NCBI GenBank assembly: GCA_963693555.1
Contig: CAVOAA010000002.1
Coordinates: 1-46,006 of the forward strand
Length of the DNA stretch: 46,006 nt
Reading direction: 5' to 3'
Source: Dehalococcoidia bacterium
GTDB lineage: Bacteria; Chloroflexota; Dehalococcoidia; Lucifugimonadales; UBA3495
The stretch's first letter is position 1. Each line of letters begins with the position of its first letter. A program made the position numbers and the translations under genes. Positions 25,704 to 34,287 of the stretch are shown here, one piece after another. Under the pieces are notes generated by a model. That model saw only the letters and a list, made by a program, of their open reading frames with translations. It made no database searches and was not told the origin of the DNA.

Positions 25704-27137
25704 TTACTCTGCTTGGAGAGATCCGCCGTTTGCTCCGTTCTTATTGCCGGTCGATTGTTTGCAGACACTGGAGGCCGGAGGTTGGACTCCGTCCCAATCC
25801 AGACCGGCAGCTGCGACGCCCTCAACCTCAGTTGAATAGCAACCGGATGGAGCATTCCTGAGCCGGAACGTAACCGACCCATCAGATCCAGTCGATCCAG
25901 TGGCTGTCCAGGTCGTGGACGACGAGTCGATGCTGAGAAGTATGCTCACCGACGCGCTTGCTACGGGGTCGCCAGCGCTGTCAACAACGTTCACCTTGAC
26001 GCGGAGGTCCTTATCGCCGGACCCTCCTCCAGACAGAGTGTGGACTATGCTGGCTACGCTTACAGAAGAGCCGCCCACGGGTTCGGTACCAATGGCCAGC
26101 GTTACCGTTGCGTTAGCTGTATCCGTCCCGTCGTTGACCGTCGCAGTCAACGAATAGTTTCCTTCAGTCCCTACAGCAGGTGTGCCGGAGATTTCACCGG
26201 AGCTCGCGGTCAAGGACAGGCCAGACGGGAGCGTCTCGGCTATCGACCAGGTATACGAACCCGATCCACCAACCGCTGCCAAAGTTCCGCTATATGCGGA
26301 GCCTTCAGTCGCACCGGGAAGGCTGGTAGTGGTGATCGCCAGGTCAATGGCACCAGGCGCCGGATATTTGGCGGTCACACCATCTATATCGTCTTGCTGT
26401 AGATCAAGCAACATGCCGCTGTACGACGGCCACATGACCGCTCCGCCAACGTCTGAATGCCCTAGCCCCAAGGCGTGGCCGTTCTCGTGGAGGAAAACGG
26501 TCTGCATGTTGTAGTTGGCCTCGCCGGTCGTCCAGTTGTACTTGGTATTCAGTGCCATATCGGCTTCATCTATATTGGTTCCCGTCCAGGTGACTCCCAA
26601 TATGTTCCCGCCTTTGATGGACGCCCAGCCGACGTCGTTAAACCCGTCAAATGTCTGCTTACCGGGGCATTCCTTGACCAATGATGGGCAACGGGTTGTT
26701 GACGAGCCGTCGGTGAATGTGAAGCTCGACGTCGCGACATCATTCCAAGATTGTTGAGACAAGGCAAATACAGTGTGACCAGCCGGGTCCGCTTCATTCG
26801 CTTGATTGTAATGCTGGGTCACCGTGTCATTGTTATCATTCGAATCAAAGAACTGGTCCCAAGAGATCGCGATCGTCGAGAACTCTTGCTTGGTTACAGC
26901 CCTTGCGCCCTGATTGGCCAATGCTTGTTTGGCAACCTCGGCTCGGTCAGCGCCGGGTGGCACCAGGGCTAGGATGTGGACCACCAGGTCCTGTCCAGGC
27001 ACGATTCCAGTCACGGCGATGACTTCACCCTGGCCGCCGCTGGCGCCTACCGGAGAAGCGGCTAAAGCGGCCAATAATATCGCTGCGAAAATCGCTAAGA
27101 TCGAAAATCGTTTCTTCATGGTTCTCATCGTTCCCAT
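25704..27137 (-). CDS. Secreted matrixin-like (peptidase M10 / metzincin) zinc protease with a C-terminal putative-Ig domain
   Basis: A signal peptide is present (MKKRFSILAIFAAILLAALAASPVGA). The HExxHxxGxxH motif VFLHENGHALGLGH is followed by a Met-turn (VMWPSY). The He_PIG-like segment reads LPGATEGSAYSGTLAAVGGSGSYTWSIAETLPSGLSLTASSGEISGTP. The start could be the ATG at 27137, 27128 or 27119. Confidence 0.8.
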   Translation of the reverse strand: MGTMRTMKKRFSILAIFAAILLAALAASPVGASGGQGEVIAVTGIVPGQDLVVHILALVPPGADRAEVAKQALANQGARAVTKQEFSTIAISWDQFFDSNDNNDTVTQHYNQANEADPAGHTVFALSQQSWNDVATSSFTFTDGSSTTRCPSLVKECPGKQTFDGFNDVGWASIKGGNILGVTWTGTNIDEADMALNTKYNWTTGEANYNMQTVFLHENGHALGLGHSDVGGAVMWPSYSGMLLDLQQDDIDGVTAKYPAPGAIDLAITTTSLPGATEGSAYSGTLAAVGGSGSYTWSIAETLPSGLSLTASSGEISGTPAVGTEGNYSLTATVNDGTDTANATVTLAIGTEPVGGSSVSVASIVHTLSGGGSGDKDLRVKVNVVDSAGDPVASASVSILLSIDSSSTTWTATGSTGSDGSVTFRLRNAPSGCYSTEVEGVAAAGLDWDGVQPPASSVCKQSTGNKNGANGGSLQAE

Positions 27138-27265
27138 CCTCGTACCGGAAGATTAGGCTTAACCAGTGCCTTCCAGTCTCATTGTACCGGCGTATTCCCC
27201 GTGGCTGGTGTGAGCCTGGTGTGCGCACCGATCGATTATTAAACTTATTGCCGCTAATTAAGAAC

Positions 27266-27294
27266 TTGACGCCGATGAGGGTCAATACATTAAT
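27266..27294 (+). promoter_or_regulatory. Candidate sigma70-type promoter upstream of the epimerase gene
   Basis: TTGACG (27266-27271), a 17-nt spacer and ATTAAT (27289-27294) sit in an AT-rich divergent intergenic region. Confidence 0.3.
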
Positions 27295-27418
27295 TTGTTT
27301 TTATGTTAAACCAGACCGGCGTTGCAGGGGCTTCTCCGTGCCTATATCATCTACATGGCGAATCTAAACCAGATACTTCAACTGGTATTTCTGACTTGAA
27401 AGCGATTTGGAGGGCTTT

Positions 27419-28360
27419 ATGTCCGTGATGGTCACCGGCGGCACCGGATTCATCGGCAATCGAATCATCCGCAAGCTACTTGACCGGGGCGAAGAGGTTG
27501 TCTGCTTCGACCTGGCGCCTCCCAGAGCCACATTGGAACCCTATCTGGATCGCATCAAGATGTATCGGGGCGACATTACCCAACTGCCCCATCTGCTGGA
27601 GGCTATCAACACCAACGACGTCCACAAGATCATCCATATGGCCGCCCTCCTACCACCCGACACCGAGGAACGTCATTCCTATGCCATGCAGGTGAACATC
27701 GGCGGCACCAACAACGTCTTTGAGGCGGCCCGCTGGACCGGAGTTGAGCGGGTGGTCTACGCCAGCTCCATCGCCGTCTACGGCGTCCAGGAGACCTTCG
27801 GCGACCGGCCCATCAACGAAGACGACCTCAACGACCCGATCAATGTCTACGGCATGACAAAGTCGGTGAACGACTTCTCCGCCAAACGCTACATCGACCG
27901 CCATGGCATGGACCTGGTGGGCGTGCGCATCTGCACGGTCTTCGGCCACGGTCGAGTCACAGGCATGACCGGCATGATCGGCGGCCTTTTGATGTCTCTC
28001 CCGGCCATCGGTAAACCGGTGAACATGCCCTTCCATCAGGAAGAGAAATCGCCCATGATCCACGCTGAAGACGCCGCCGAGATCTTCGTCAGGGCCGCCC
28101 TCGCCGAGAAGCTGAACCACTCCATCTACATCAGCGGCGGCAGTTTGTGCAGCATCAAAGAAATGGCCGATATAGTACGAGACATAATCCCCGACGCACA
28201 GGTCACCACCGGCGACCAGTTGGTGCCGCACGTGTACAACCTGGACAACAGCCGGATGCTTGCAGACCTCGGCTACGAGATTGCGCCGTTGCGGCAGCGG
28301 ATACTGGACCACATCAACGACGCCCGCACCGAAGCCGGCCTGGATGCCATCAGCGGGTAA
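27419..28360 (+). CDS. NAD-dependent epimerase/dehydratase (extended SDR) family protein
   Basis: The product begins MSVMVTGGTGFIGNRI (Rossmann GxxGxxG) and contains YGMTK (YxxxK). The ATG at 27419 follows a GGAGGG. Confidence 0.85.
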   Translation: MSVMVTGGTGFIGNRIIRKLLDRGEEVVCFDLAPPRATLEPYLDRIKMYRGDITQLPHLLEAINTNDVHKIIHMAALLPPDTEERHSYAMQVNIGGTNNVFEAARWTGVERVVYASSIAVYGVQETFGDRPINEDDLNDPINVYGMTKSVNDFSAKRYIDRHGMDLVGVRICTVFGHGRVTGMTGMIGGLLMSLPAIGKPVNMPFHQEEKSPMIHAEDAAEIFVRAALAEKLNHSIYISGGSLCSIKEMADIVRDIIPDAQVTTGDQLVPHVYNLDNSRMLADLGYEIAPLRQRILDHINDARTEAGLDAISG

Positions 28361-28461
28361 GACAAAAACTTAAGCTGGCGCGAGGCGAACTGGGTTATAA
28401 TTGCTCTCAGATTCAGCCGCCGCTAAAAAACGACGGGACAAGATAGCCTAAGAGAGATGAT

Positions 28462-29394
28462 ATGAGTATCGCCATTGGTTTCATGCCCGGAGCCTACGGA
28501 GAGGGTGGAGAAGACCACGAATACCTCCGCAAATTGGTGGCGATAGGTGACAAACACCACTATGACTCCCTGTGGCTCAGTGACCGGATCGTCGGTGAGA
28601 AATTCAGCCTTGAGCCCATGATGGCCTGCTCCATGGTCTTGGCCTACTCAGATCGCCTCAAGGTCGGCACCAGCGTGCTGGCCATGCCCTTGCGGAACCC
28701 CGTCGTTTTGGCCAAGCAGGTCGCCACCCTGGATTACCTCTCCCAAGGCCGGTTCTTCCCCGCGGTTGGCTTGGGACAGGAGGAGCCTGAGGAGTACGAG
28801 GCCTGCGGTGTATCCAAAGAGCGCCGTGGCCCCCGCACCGATGAGGCGATAGAGCTGATGCGCCGGCTCTGGCAGGAAGAAGACGTCACCCATGAGGGTG
28901 AGTTCTTCACCTGCCACAACGTGACCGTGACCCCGAAGCCCTTCCTCCAACCCTCCACCCCAGTTTGGATCGGTGGACGCTCTCCGGCCGCTGCCAGGCG
29001 CGTTGGACGGGTGGGCGACGGTTGGCTGGTTTCCAGCGCCACACCCGAAGAAGTGAAAGACGGCTGCAGCACCCTCTTTGAGACCGCCAATGAGTTCAAC
29101 CGTGAGATCGAAGACGACCACGTTGGCGTCTTGATGGGCTACTACATCTCCGACGATGTGGCCGGTGCAACTGAGATGGCCGAACGTTTCGTGACCCGCC
29201 CGCGCCCCGACGCCCATTTCACCGAGTTCACCGCTGTAGGTCCGGTGGAAAAAATAGCTGAGTACGTACAGAACTACATCGATGCCGGCGGCTCCAAGTT
29301 CGTGATGCGGCCGCTCTGTCCCGCTGAAGAGTCCATGGAGCAACTGGAGATATTGGGTGAAGAGCTGCTGCCCATGTTCCCCATCAAGCGATAG
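28462..29394 (+). CDS. Luciferase-like monooxygenase (LLM) class flavin/F420-dependent oxidoreductase
   Basis: The product contains SLWLSDRIVG...LKVGTSVLAMPLRNPVVLAKQVATLDYLSQGRFFPAVGLG...PVWIGGRSPAAARRVGRVGDGW. Confidence 0.85.
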   Translation: MSIAIGFMPGAYGEGGEDHEYLRKLVAIGDKHHYDSLWLSDRIVGEKFSLEPMMACSMVLAYSDRLKVGTSVLAMPLRNPVVLAKQVATLDYLSQGRFFPAVGLGQEEPEEYEACGVSKERRGPRTDEAIELMRRLWQEEDVTHEGEFFTCHNVTVTPKPFLQPSTPVWIGGRSPAAARRVGRVGDGWLVSSATPEEVKDGCSTLFETANEFNREIEDDHVGVLMGYYISDDVAGATEMAERFVTRPRPDAHFTEFTAVGPVEKIAEYVQNYIDAGGSKFVMRPLCPAEESMEQLEILGEELLPMFPIKR

Positions 29395-29540
29395 GCGTTT
29401 TCTCGGCAATCTCGTCCCCTCGTGGGGGTTTTGATGCCGCACCTGATGTCTGGATCGTTGGTTGGAGTGTTCTACGAGGCCTTCATCTAAGCACGCAGCC
29501 ACCTAGACACCCCGCCAGCAGTGATGGCCAAATAAAAAAA

Positions 29541-29577
29541 GAAAAGCAGCCCGACATTTCGGGCTGCTTTTCTTTTG
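29541..29577 (+). terminator. Rho-independent terminator
   Basis: The 14-bp stem gaaaagcagcccga-catt-tcgggctgcttttc is followed by ttttg. Confidence 0.7.
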
Positions 29578-29593
29578 TGTGACTCTCATTGGC

Positions 29594-29599
29594 TATAAT
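29594..29599 (+). promoter_or_regulatory. Candidate -10 box (TATAAT) 17 nt upstream of the 29617 ATG, with no Shine-Dalgarno sequence
   Basis: The sequence is cattggcTATAATcacattcggccaacaccATG. Confidence 0.3.
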
Positions 29600-29616
29600 C
29601 ACATTCGGCCAACACC

Positions 29617-30018
29617 ATGAGATTCACCACGCTTTACATAACCGCCATTGTCTTTGGACTCATTGGAGCTGTCGGCGGCGCCTTTGCCGGAGGTGTCATA
29701 GCCGCCGCCCAATGCGATGGCGGGTTGGAGTGTCTGGGGGCGGCGTTTTTGGGCGTCGGACTGGGCGCCATCGTCTTGGAATCATTGGCCATGAGCCTCA
29801 TGGTTCACAAGGTCAACCATAACCGGGGCCATCTTATGCTGACGTTCCTGCCCACCATTGTCCTGGCCCTGCCCATACCCTTCGCCCTGCTACCGGGCGT
29901 GACCGCGCCTTTGGCATTGCCGTTATTCCTGCTACAGGCGTGGGTCTGCGTAAAGATACAGGTCGCCACAGCGGGCAAAAGGGGTATCCGCAGAAGGACT
30001 CGGTCAGGCTCCAGATAA
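29617..30018 (+). CDS. Small hydrophobic membrane protein, uncharacterised
   Basis: The 133-aa product has about 4 predicted hydrophobic helices (AIVFGLIGAVGGAFAGGVIAAA..., LTFLPTIVLALPIPFALLPG...) and a basic tail. I see no recognisable family motif. Confidence 0.5.
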   Translation: MRFTTLYITAIVFGLIGAVGGAFAGGVIAAAQCDGGLECLGAAFLGVGLGAIVLESLAMSLMVHKVNHNRGHLMLTFLPTIVLALPIPFALLPGVTAPLALPLFLLQAWVCVKIQVATAGKRGIRRRTRSGSR

Positions 30019-30022
30019 GCCT

Positions 30023-31936
30023 TTAACGCCGGTGTGCGGGCCGGGCTTTAAGTCTGGCGGGCTTTCCGGGGCGCGCTGGGCGCGGGTGGAAAGACGGCGG
30101 TCCTTGTTTAGGAGCCCTGGTGCGACCATTGGAAGCTGGCAGAGGTGTACTCCGTCCCAACAGTTGGCCGGAGCGTCTCCGGTTCTCAGCGTCACTGATC
30201 GGCGCGCTGCCCAATATCTGGCCGGGGCTTCTACTGTTGGGGGAATCCGAACGCGTCGGTCTCCCAAGCGTCTGGCCGGAGCTTCTGCCGTTGGGCGGGC
30301 CCGAACGCGACGGTCTTCCGGTTGACGGGCCTGAACTTCTGCCGTTTGACTGACTCGGAGTCCGCTCCCAGCGATTGCCGCCGGACTGACTTGGCGTCCG
30401 GTCTGAGCGATTGCCATTCTGGGAAGCGCCATTTGTTGACCGAGGGGCGTACTGGCGGTCTGACTGGCCGTTAGACGAACGAGGAGCGGACTGGCGGTCT
30501 GACTGACCATTGAAGGTGCGTTCTCGTGGAGCTGCGCCCGCAGGCTGCTCCGAGGGGTTGCCGTTATTGGAGTTGTCCCGGCCTTCAAATTCAGGTCTGC
30601 GGCCCGGCTGTGCCCCTCGATTAGTGATGGCGTTCTTGCGCCGGTTGTTCTGAGCGCTGTTCAGTCCATTGTTTTGGCCATTGTTTTGGCCATTGCCCTG
30701 ACGGCGAGGTCCACCGTCTCTGGTGCTCCGGCTTGCCCGGCCGCCATTACTCTGGCCACCGGCACGGCGTAGTCCCATGCGGTCTTCCCGGAATTGTTCT
30801 TCCGGGGTGAAATTACCGTAATCGAAGCCGTCCAAACGCCGGCGTTCGATCTTGACACCAAGTTCTCGCTCAACCTCGCGGATCATGTTGGTGTCTTCAC
30901 CCGTCGCCAATGTGAAGGCCTCGCCGGTCTGTTCTGCCCGGCCGGTCCTTCCGATGCGGTGGGTGTAGGTGTCAGTGGTGTTCGGGAAGTCGAAGTTGAT
31001 AACGTGGGAGACTTCCGGCACGTCGATGCCGTGGGCCGCGATATCGGTGGCAACCATTATGTCGAACTTGCCGGCGCGGAACCCGTTCATCGCCTGTTGC
31101 CGGGCGTTCTGCGACATATTTCCCTGGAGCGCGGCCACGCGGAACGAATGCTTGGCCAACTCAAGCGCCAGAGTACGGGCGCGGTGCTTGGTGCGGGTGA
31201 AAACCAGTGCCCGGCCGGTGGCAGTCCGCGTTAGCAGGGCCAACAGCAGGTCCCTCTTGAGTTTCTCCGGCACCGGGTACAGGGAATGGGACACCGTTGC
31301 AGCGGGTGCGATGGTCCCGATCTGGACCATCTCCGGGTCTTTCAGAATCTTGACCGCCAACGACCTGATCTCTTTTGGCATGGTCGCGGAGAAAAAGAGC
31401 GTCTGCCGGTCGGAAGGGACGTGGTCCAGTATGCGGCGGACGTCGGGCAGGAAGCCCATGTCGCACATGGTGTCGGCTTCGTCCAGGACCAATACCTCAA
31501 CGTTCGTGAGGTTGATGTCTTTTTGGCCAACATGGTCTAGCAGCCGCCCCGGACAGGCGACGACGACCTGAGCCCCACGGCGCAGTCCGGCCAGCTGAGG
31601 GACTTTGGACACACCGCCATAGATGGCGATGCTCTTGATGCCCAGGTGTTTCCCAAGCTCACGGAAGGTCTGCATGATCTGTTCGGCCAGCTCACGGGTT
31701 GGCGCGAGCACCAGGCACCTTACGCCTTTCGTGGGGGGAGTGGTTGCCAGATGGTGCAAGATGGGCAGCACGAATGCTGCGGTCTTACCCGTGCCGGTTT
31801 GGGCCAGCCCCAATAGGTCCCGGCCTTGAAGGGCCACAGGGATCGCTTGTTGCTGGATGGGGGTGGGGGTGGTGAAGCCAACGGATTCTACGCCGGCCAG
31901 CACCTTAGGATGAAGGGAAAATTCTTGAAAACTCAC
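30023..31936 (-). CDS. DEAD-box ATP-dependent RNA helicase with a roughly 240-aa basic low-complexity C-terminal tail
   Basis: The helicase motifs present are the Q-motif (GFTTPTPIQ), AQTGTGKT, DEAD, SAT and HRIGRTGRA. The tail is rich in R/G/S/N/Q/P with internal repeats. The GTG start has an AAGGAG upstream. Confidence 0.9.
   Translation of the reverse strand: MSFQEFSLHPKVLAGVESVGFTTPTPIQQQAIPVALQGRDLLGLAQTGTGKTAAFVLPILHHLATTPPTKGVRCLVLAPTRELAEQIMQTFRELGKHLGIKSIAIYGGVSKVPQLAGLRRGAQVVVACPGRLLDHVGQKDINLTNVEVLVLDEADTMCDMGFLPDVRRILDHVPSDRQTLFFSATMPKEIRSLAVKILKDPEMVQIGTIAPAATVSHSLYPVPEKLKRDLLLALLTRTATGRALVFTRTKHRARTLALELAKHSFRVAALQGNMSQNARQQAMNGFRAGKFDIMVATDIAAHGIDVPEVSHVINFDFPNTTDTYTHRIGRTGRAEQTGEAFTLATGEDTNMIREVERELGVKIERRRLDGFDYGNFTPEEQFREDRMGLRRAGGQSNGGRASRSTRDGGPRRQGNGQNNGQNNGLNSAQNNRRKNAITNRGAQPGRRPEFEGRDNSNNGNPSEQPAGAAPRERTFNGQSDRQSAPRSSNGQSDRQYAPRSTNGASQNGNRSDRTPSQSGGNRWERTPSQSNGRSSGPSTGRPSRSGPPNGRSSGQTLGRPTRSDSPNSRSPGQILGSAPISDAENRRRSGQLLGRSTPLPASNGRTRAPKQGPPSFHPRPARPGKPARLKARPAHRR
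30161..30525 (-). repeat. Imperfect in-frame tandem repeats inside the helicase tail coding region
   Basis: About 54-bp units start at roughly 30163, 30217 and 30271 (tctggccgg[ag]gcttct[ag]c[ct]gttggg...cgaacgcg). Two 40-bp units lie at 30446-30485 and 30486-30525 (g[gc]g[ta]actggcggtctgactg[ga]cc...). The protein repeats are NGQSDRQ[SY]APRS[ST] and NGRSSG.-.GRP.RS. Confidence 0.6.
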
Positions 31937-32236
31937 TGAGAGGGTCTACTCCTTAGGACTGAGACTAGTTTCTTGACTGCTGTACCGAGCCAAGTCACAC
32001 TCTCAGGCCCAAGGTTACGGTCAATCTATCGTCGCGGCGTTAACGGGCGTTAAGCGCTCGCGCGTTACGAACTTTGTGGATGTTCGATTAAGTATAACAG
32101 CTAATCCGCCAAATAGGCTCGTCAAACGGGCCCGCCAATGCCCCTTTTGGGAAAATTGACCCAACCGGTACCCCCCATCAGGCCGTTTGAGTGTTAACAT
32201 CACTTTCGGCGACAACTATCCCCCGGAGGCAAGGCA

Positions 32237-33268
32237 TTGGCTTACTACATGTACGTATCCGTCCAGGAAGAAGACCGGATCGCGATTTTCACGATAACCC
32301 CCAAGACCGGTAAGTTGAAGCATCAAGGAGATGTGGAGCTCAAGGGCCGGCCCGCTCCCATGGCGATAGACCCTGACCGAAAATATCTTTTCGCCGGCCG
32401 CCGTAAGGCCAACGATTTTGGCATGACCAGTTTCAGCATCGACCGTAAAAACGGCGGCCTAACGTCCATCGGTTCTATCCCCCTAAAGGGCGACCCGGTG
32501 CACATGTCCACCGATAAGACCGGCAAGTTCCTCCTGTCGGCCTACTACTATCAAAAGACGGCTGCCGTCCACAGCATCGGCGACGACGGCGCACTGGCCG
32601 ACCCACCGGTGGTCTGGCGTGAAACCGACATCGGCGCCCACTACATACAGACCGACCCCGCAAATAAGTACGCGTTCGTACCCCACATCGCCCATGGCGC
32701 GATGGACGGCGCCAACGCCATCTTCCAGTTCAGGTTCGACCAAGAAAATGGCTCTCTAACGCCTCTTTCGCCGACTCGCATCAACAACAGAGAAGACGAC
32801 GGCCCGCGTCATATGTGTTTCCACCCGAAGATGAATACCGTCTACGCCTCCAACGAGCAGAGCAACAGCGTGACGGTCTACTCTTACGACCCGGATAAGG
32901 GAACTCTGCATCCGGTACAAACCATCTCCACCCTGCCAAGCGGTTATGACGGAGACAACTCCTGTTCTCAGATCCAGATAACCCCCGACGGCAAGTACCT
33001 GTATGCGCCCAACCGAGGTCATAACAGCGTCGCCGGATTCCGGGTAAGCCCGAACAACGGCCACCTCTCGCTCATCGCCCAGACACCCACCGAGGCTGTC
33101 CCTCGAGCGTTCAGTATCGACCCACAGGGCAGCTTCCTCTACGTGGCTGGCCTGGAGACCGGAAAGCTGGCCTCCTACCGCATCGGCGCTGACGACGGAG
33201 TCCTGGAGCCGGGAGACGTCTACGACGTGGGCAAGGGTCCCATGTGGGTGCTGATCACTGAGTTTTAA
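32237..33268 (+). CDS. Lactonase family beta-propeller protein (6-phosphogluconolactonase-like)
   Basis: The 343-aa product has repeated blade motifs and reads YVSVQEEDRIAIF...GKFLLSAYYYQKTAAVHSI...DGKYLYAPNRGHNSVAGF...GSFLYVAGLETGKLASYRI. The TTG start has a GGAGG 7 nt upstream. Confidence 0.8.
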   Translation: MAYYMYVSVQEEDRIAIFTITPKTGKLKHQGDVELKGRPAPMAIDPDRKYLFAGRRKANDFGMTSFSIDRKNGGLTSIGSIPLKGDPVHMSTDKTGKFLLSAYYYQKTAAVHSIGDDGALADPPVVWRETDIGAHYIQTDPANKYAFVPHIAHGAMDGANAIFQFRFDQENGSLTPLSPTRINNREDDGPRHMCFHPKMNTVYASNEQSNSVTVYSYDPDKGTLHPVQTISTLPSGYDGDNSCSQIQITPDGKYLYAPNRGHNSVAGFRVSPNNGHLSLIAQTPTEAVPRAFSIDPQGSFLYVAGLETGKLASYRIGADDGVLEPGDVYDVGKGPMWVLITEF

Positions 33269-33318
33269 CCGGGTCTTAGTCAGCTTTTAATAATGATTCA
33301 CTGCCTGGAGGGCGATCG

Positions 33319-34287
33319 ATGACATTTGGGTTCATGTTGCCTTCCCGCGGCCCCCTGACCCGGCCGGAAAACCTCTCGTCCATCGCCAAACGCAGTGAGG
33401 AGCTGGGCTACGGCTTCATCATGTTTCCGGACCACATCGTGATGCCCCGGAACGTGTCGTCCCAATACCCCTACTCCGCGTCCGGAGTGTTTCCGGGCAC
33501 CGACAACAGCGAGACCATGGAGCAGCTGACCACACTGGCTTTCCTGGCGGGGCAGACCAGTTCCATCAGACTGGTCACCAGCGTCATGGTCGTTCCCCAC
33601 CGCAGCCCCGTGGTCACCGCTAAGGCCCTATCGACGCTGGATGTGCTGTCGCAGGGACGGGTCACGGTCGGCGTTGGAACTGGCTGGCTGGAAGAGGAAT
33701 TCCAAGCACTGGAAACCGCGCCATTCGCCGAACGGGGAGCAGTGACCGACGAGTATATCCAGGTGTTCAAAGAACTCTGGACCAGCGATTCTCCCGAGTT
33801 CGACGGCCAGTATTGCCGGTTCTCCAACATCGATTTCCTGCCCAAGCCGGTGCAGAAGCCTCACCCGCCCATCTGGGTCGGTGGCGAAGGCCGCAGGGCC
33901 ATCCGGCGCGCCGCACGTTTCGGTGACGGCTGGCAGCCACTGGGCAACAACAGCCGCTTTCCAACTGCCACCGCCGAAGACCTTGCCGTTGGCCTGAAAA
34001 GACTGGACGAAGAGCTGGAACGGGCCGGCCGCCCCGCTGGGTCGTTGGAAGTGACCAGTCGAATGTTGGGCTACAGCCTGAAGAAAGACGGCTCGGCAAC
34101 GGCCAGTGACCGAACGCCATTCTCCGGAGACTCCGGCCAGATAGCCTCGGACATCAGGCAGTTCCAAGACCTGGGAGTCGCCAATCTGGTCCCCAGTTTC
34201 CACGGCGTGGCCGGACTGGCGGAGAGCCTGGAAGCGATGCTGCACGACATGGAAGACTTCGCCGACGAAGTCATGCCCAAGGTCTAG
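33319..34287 (+). CDS. LLM-class probable F420-dependent oxidoreductase
   Basis: The product contains MTFGFMLPSRG...GYGFIMFPDHIVMP...[41 protein letters not shown]...PPIWVGGEGRRAIRRAARFGDGW. A GGAGG lies 7 nt upstream. Confidence 0.85.
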   Translation: MTFGFMLPSRGPLTRPENLSSIAKRSEELGYGFIMFPDHIVMPRNVSSQYPYSASGVFPGTDNSETMEQLTTLAFLAGQTSSIRLVTSVMVVPHRSPVVTAKALSTLDVLSQGRVTVGVGTGWLEEEFQALETAPFAERGAVTDEYIQVFKELWTSDSPEFDGQYCRFSNIDFLPKPVQKPHPPIWVGGEGRRAIRRAARFGDGWQPLGNNSRFPTATAEDLAVGLKRLDEELERAGRPAGSLEVTSRMLGYSLKKDGSATASDRTPFSGDSGQIASDIRQFQDLGVANLVPSFHGVAGLAESLEAMLHDMEDFADEVMPKV

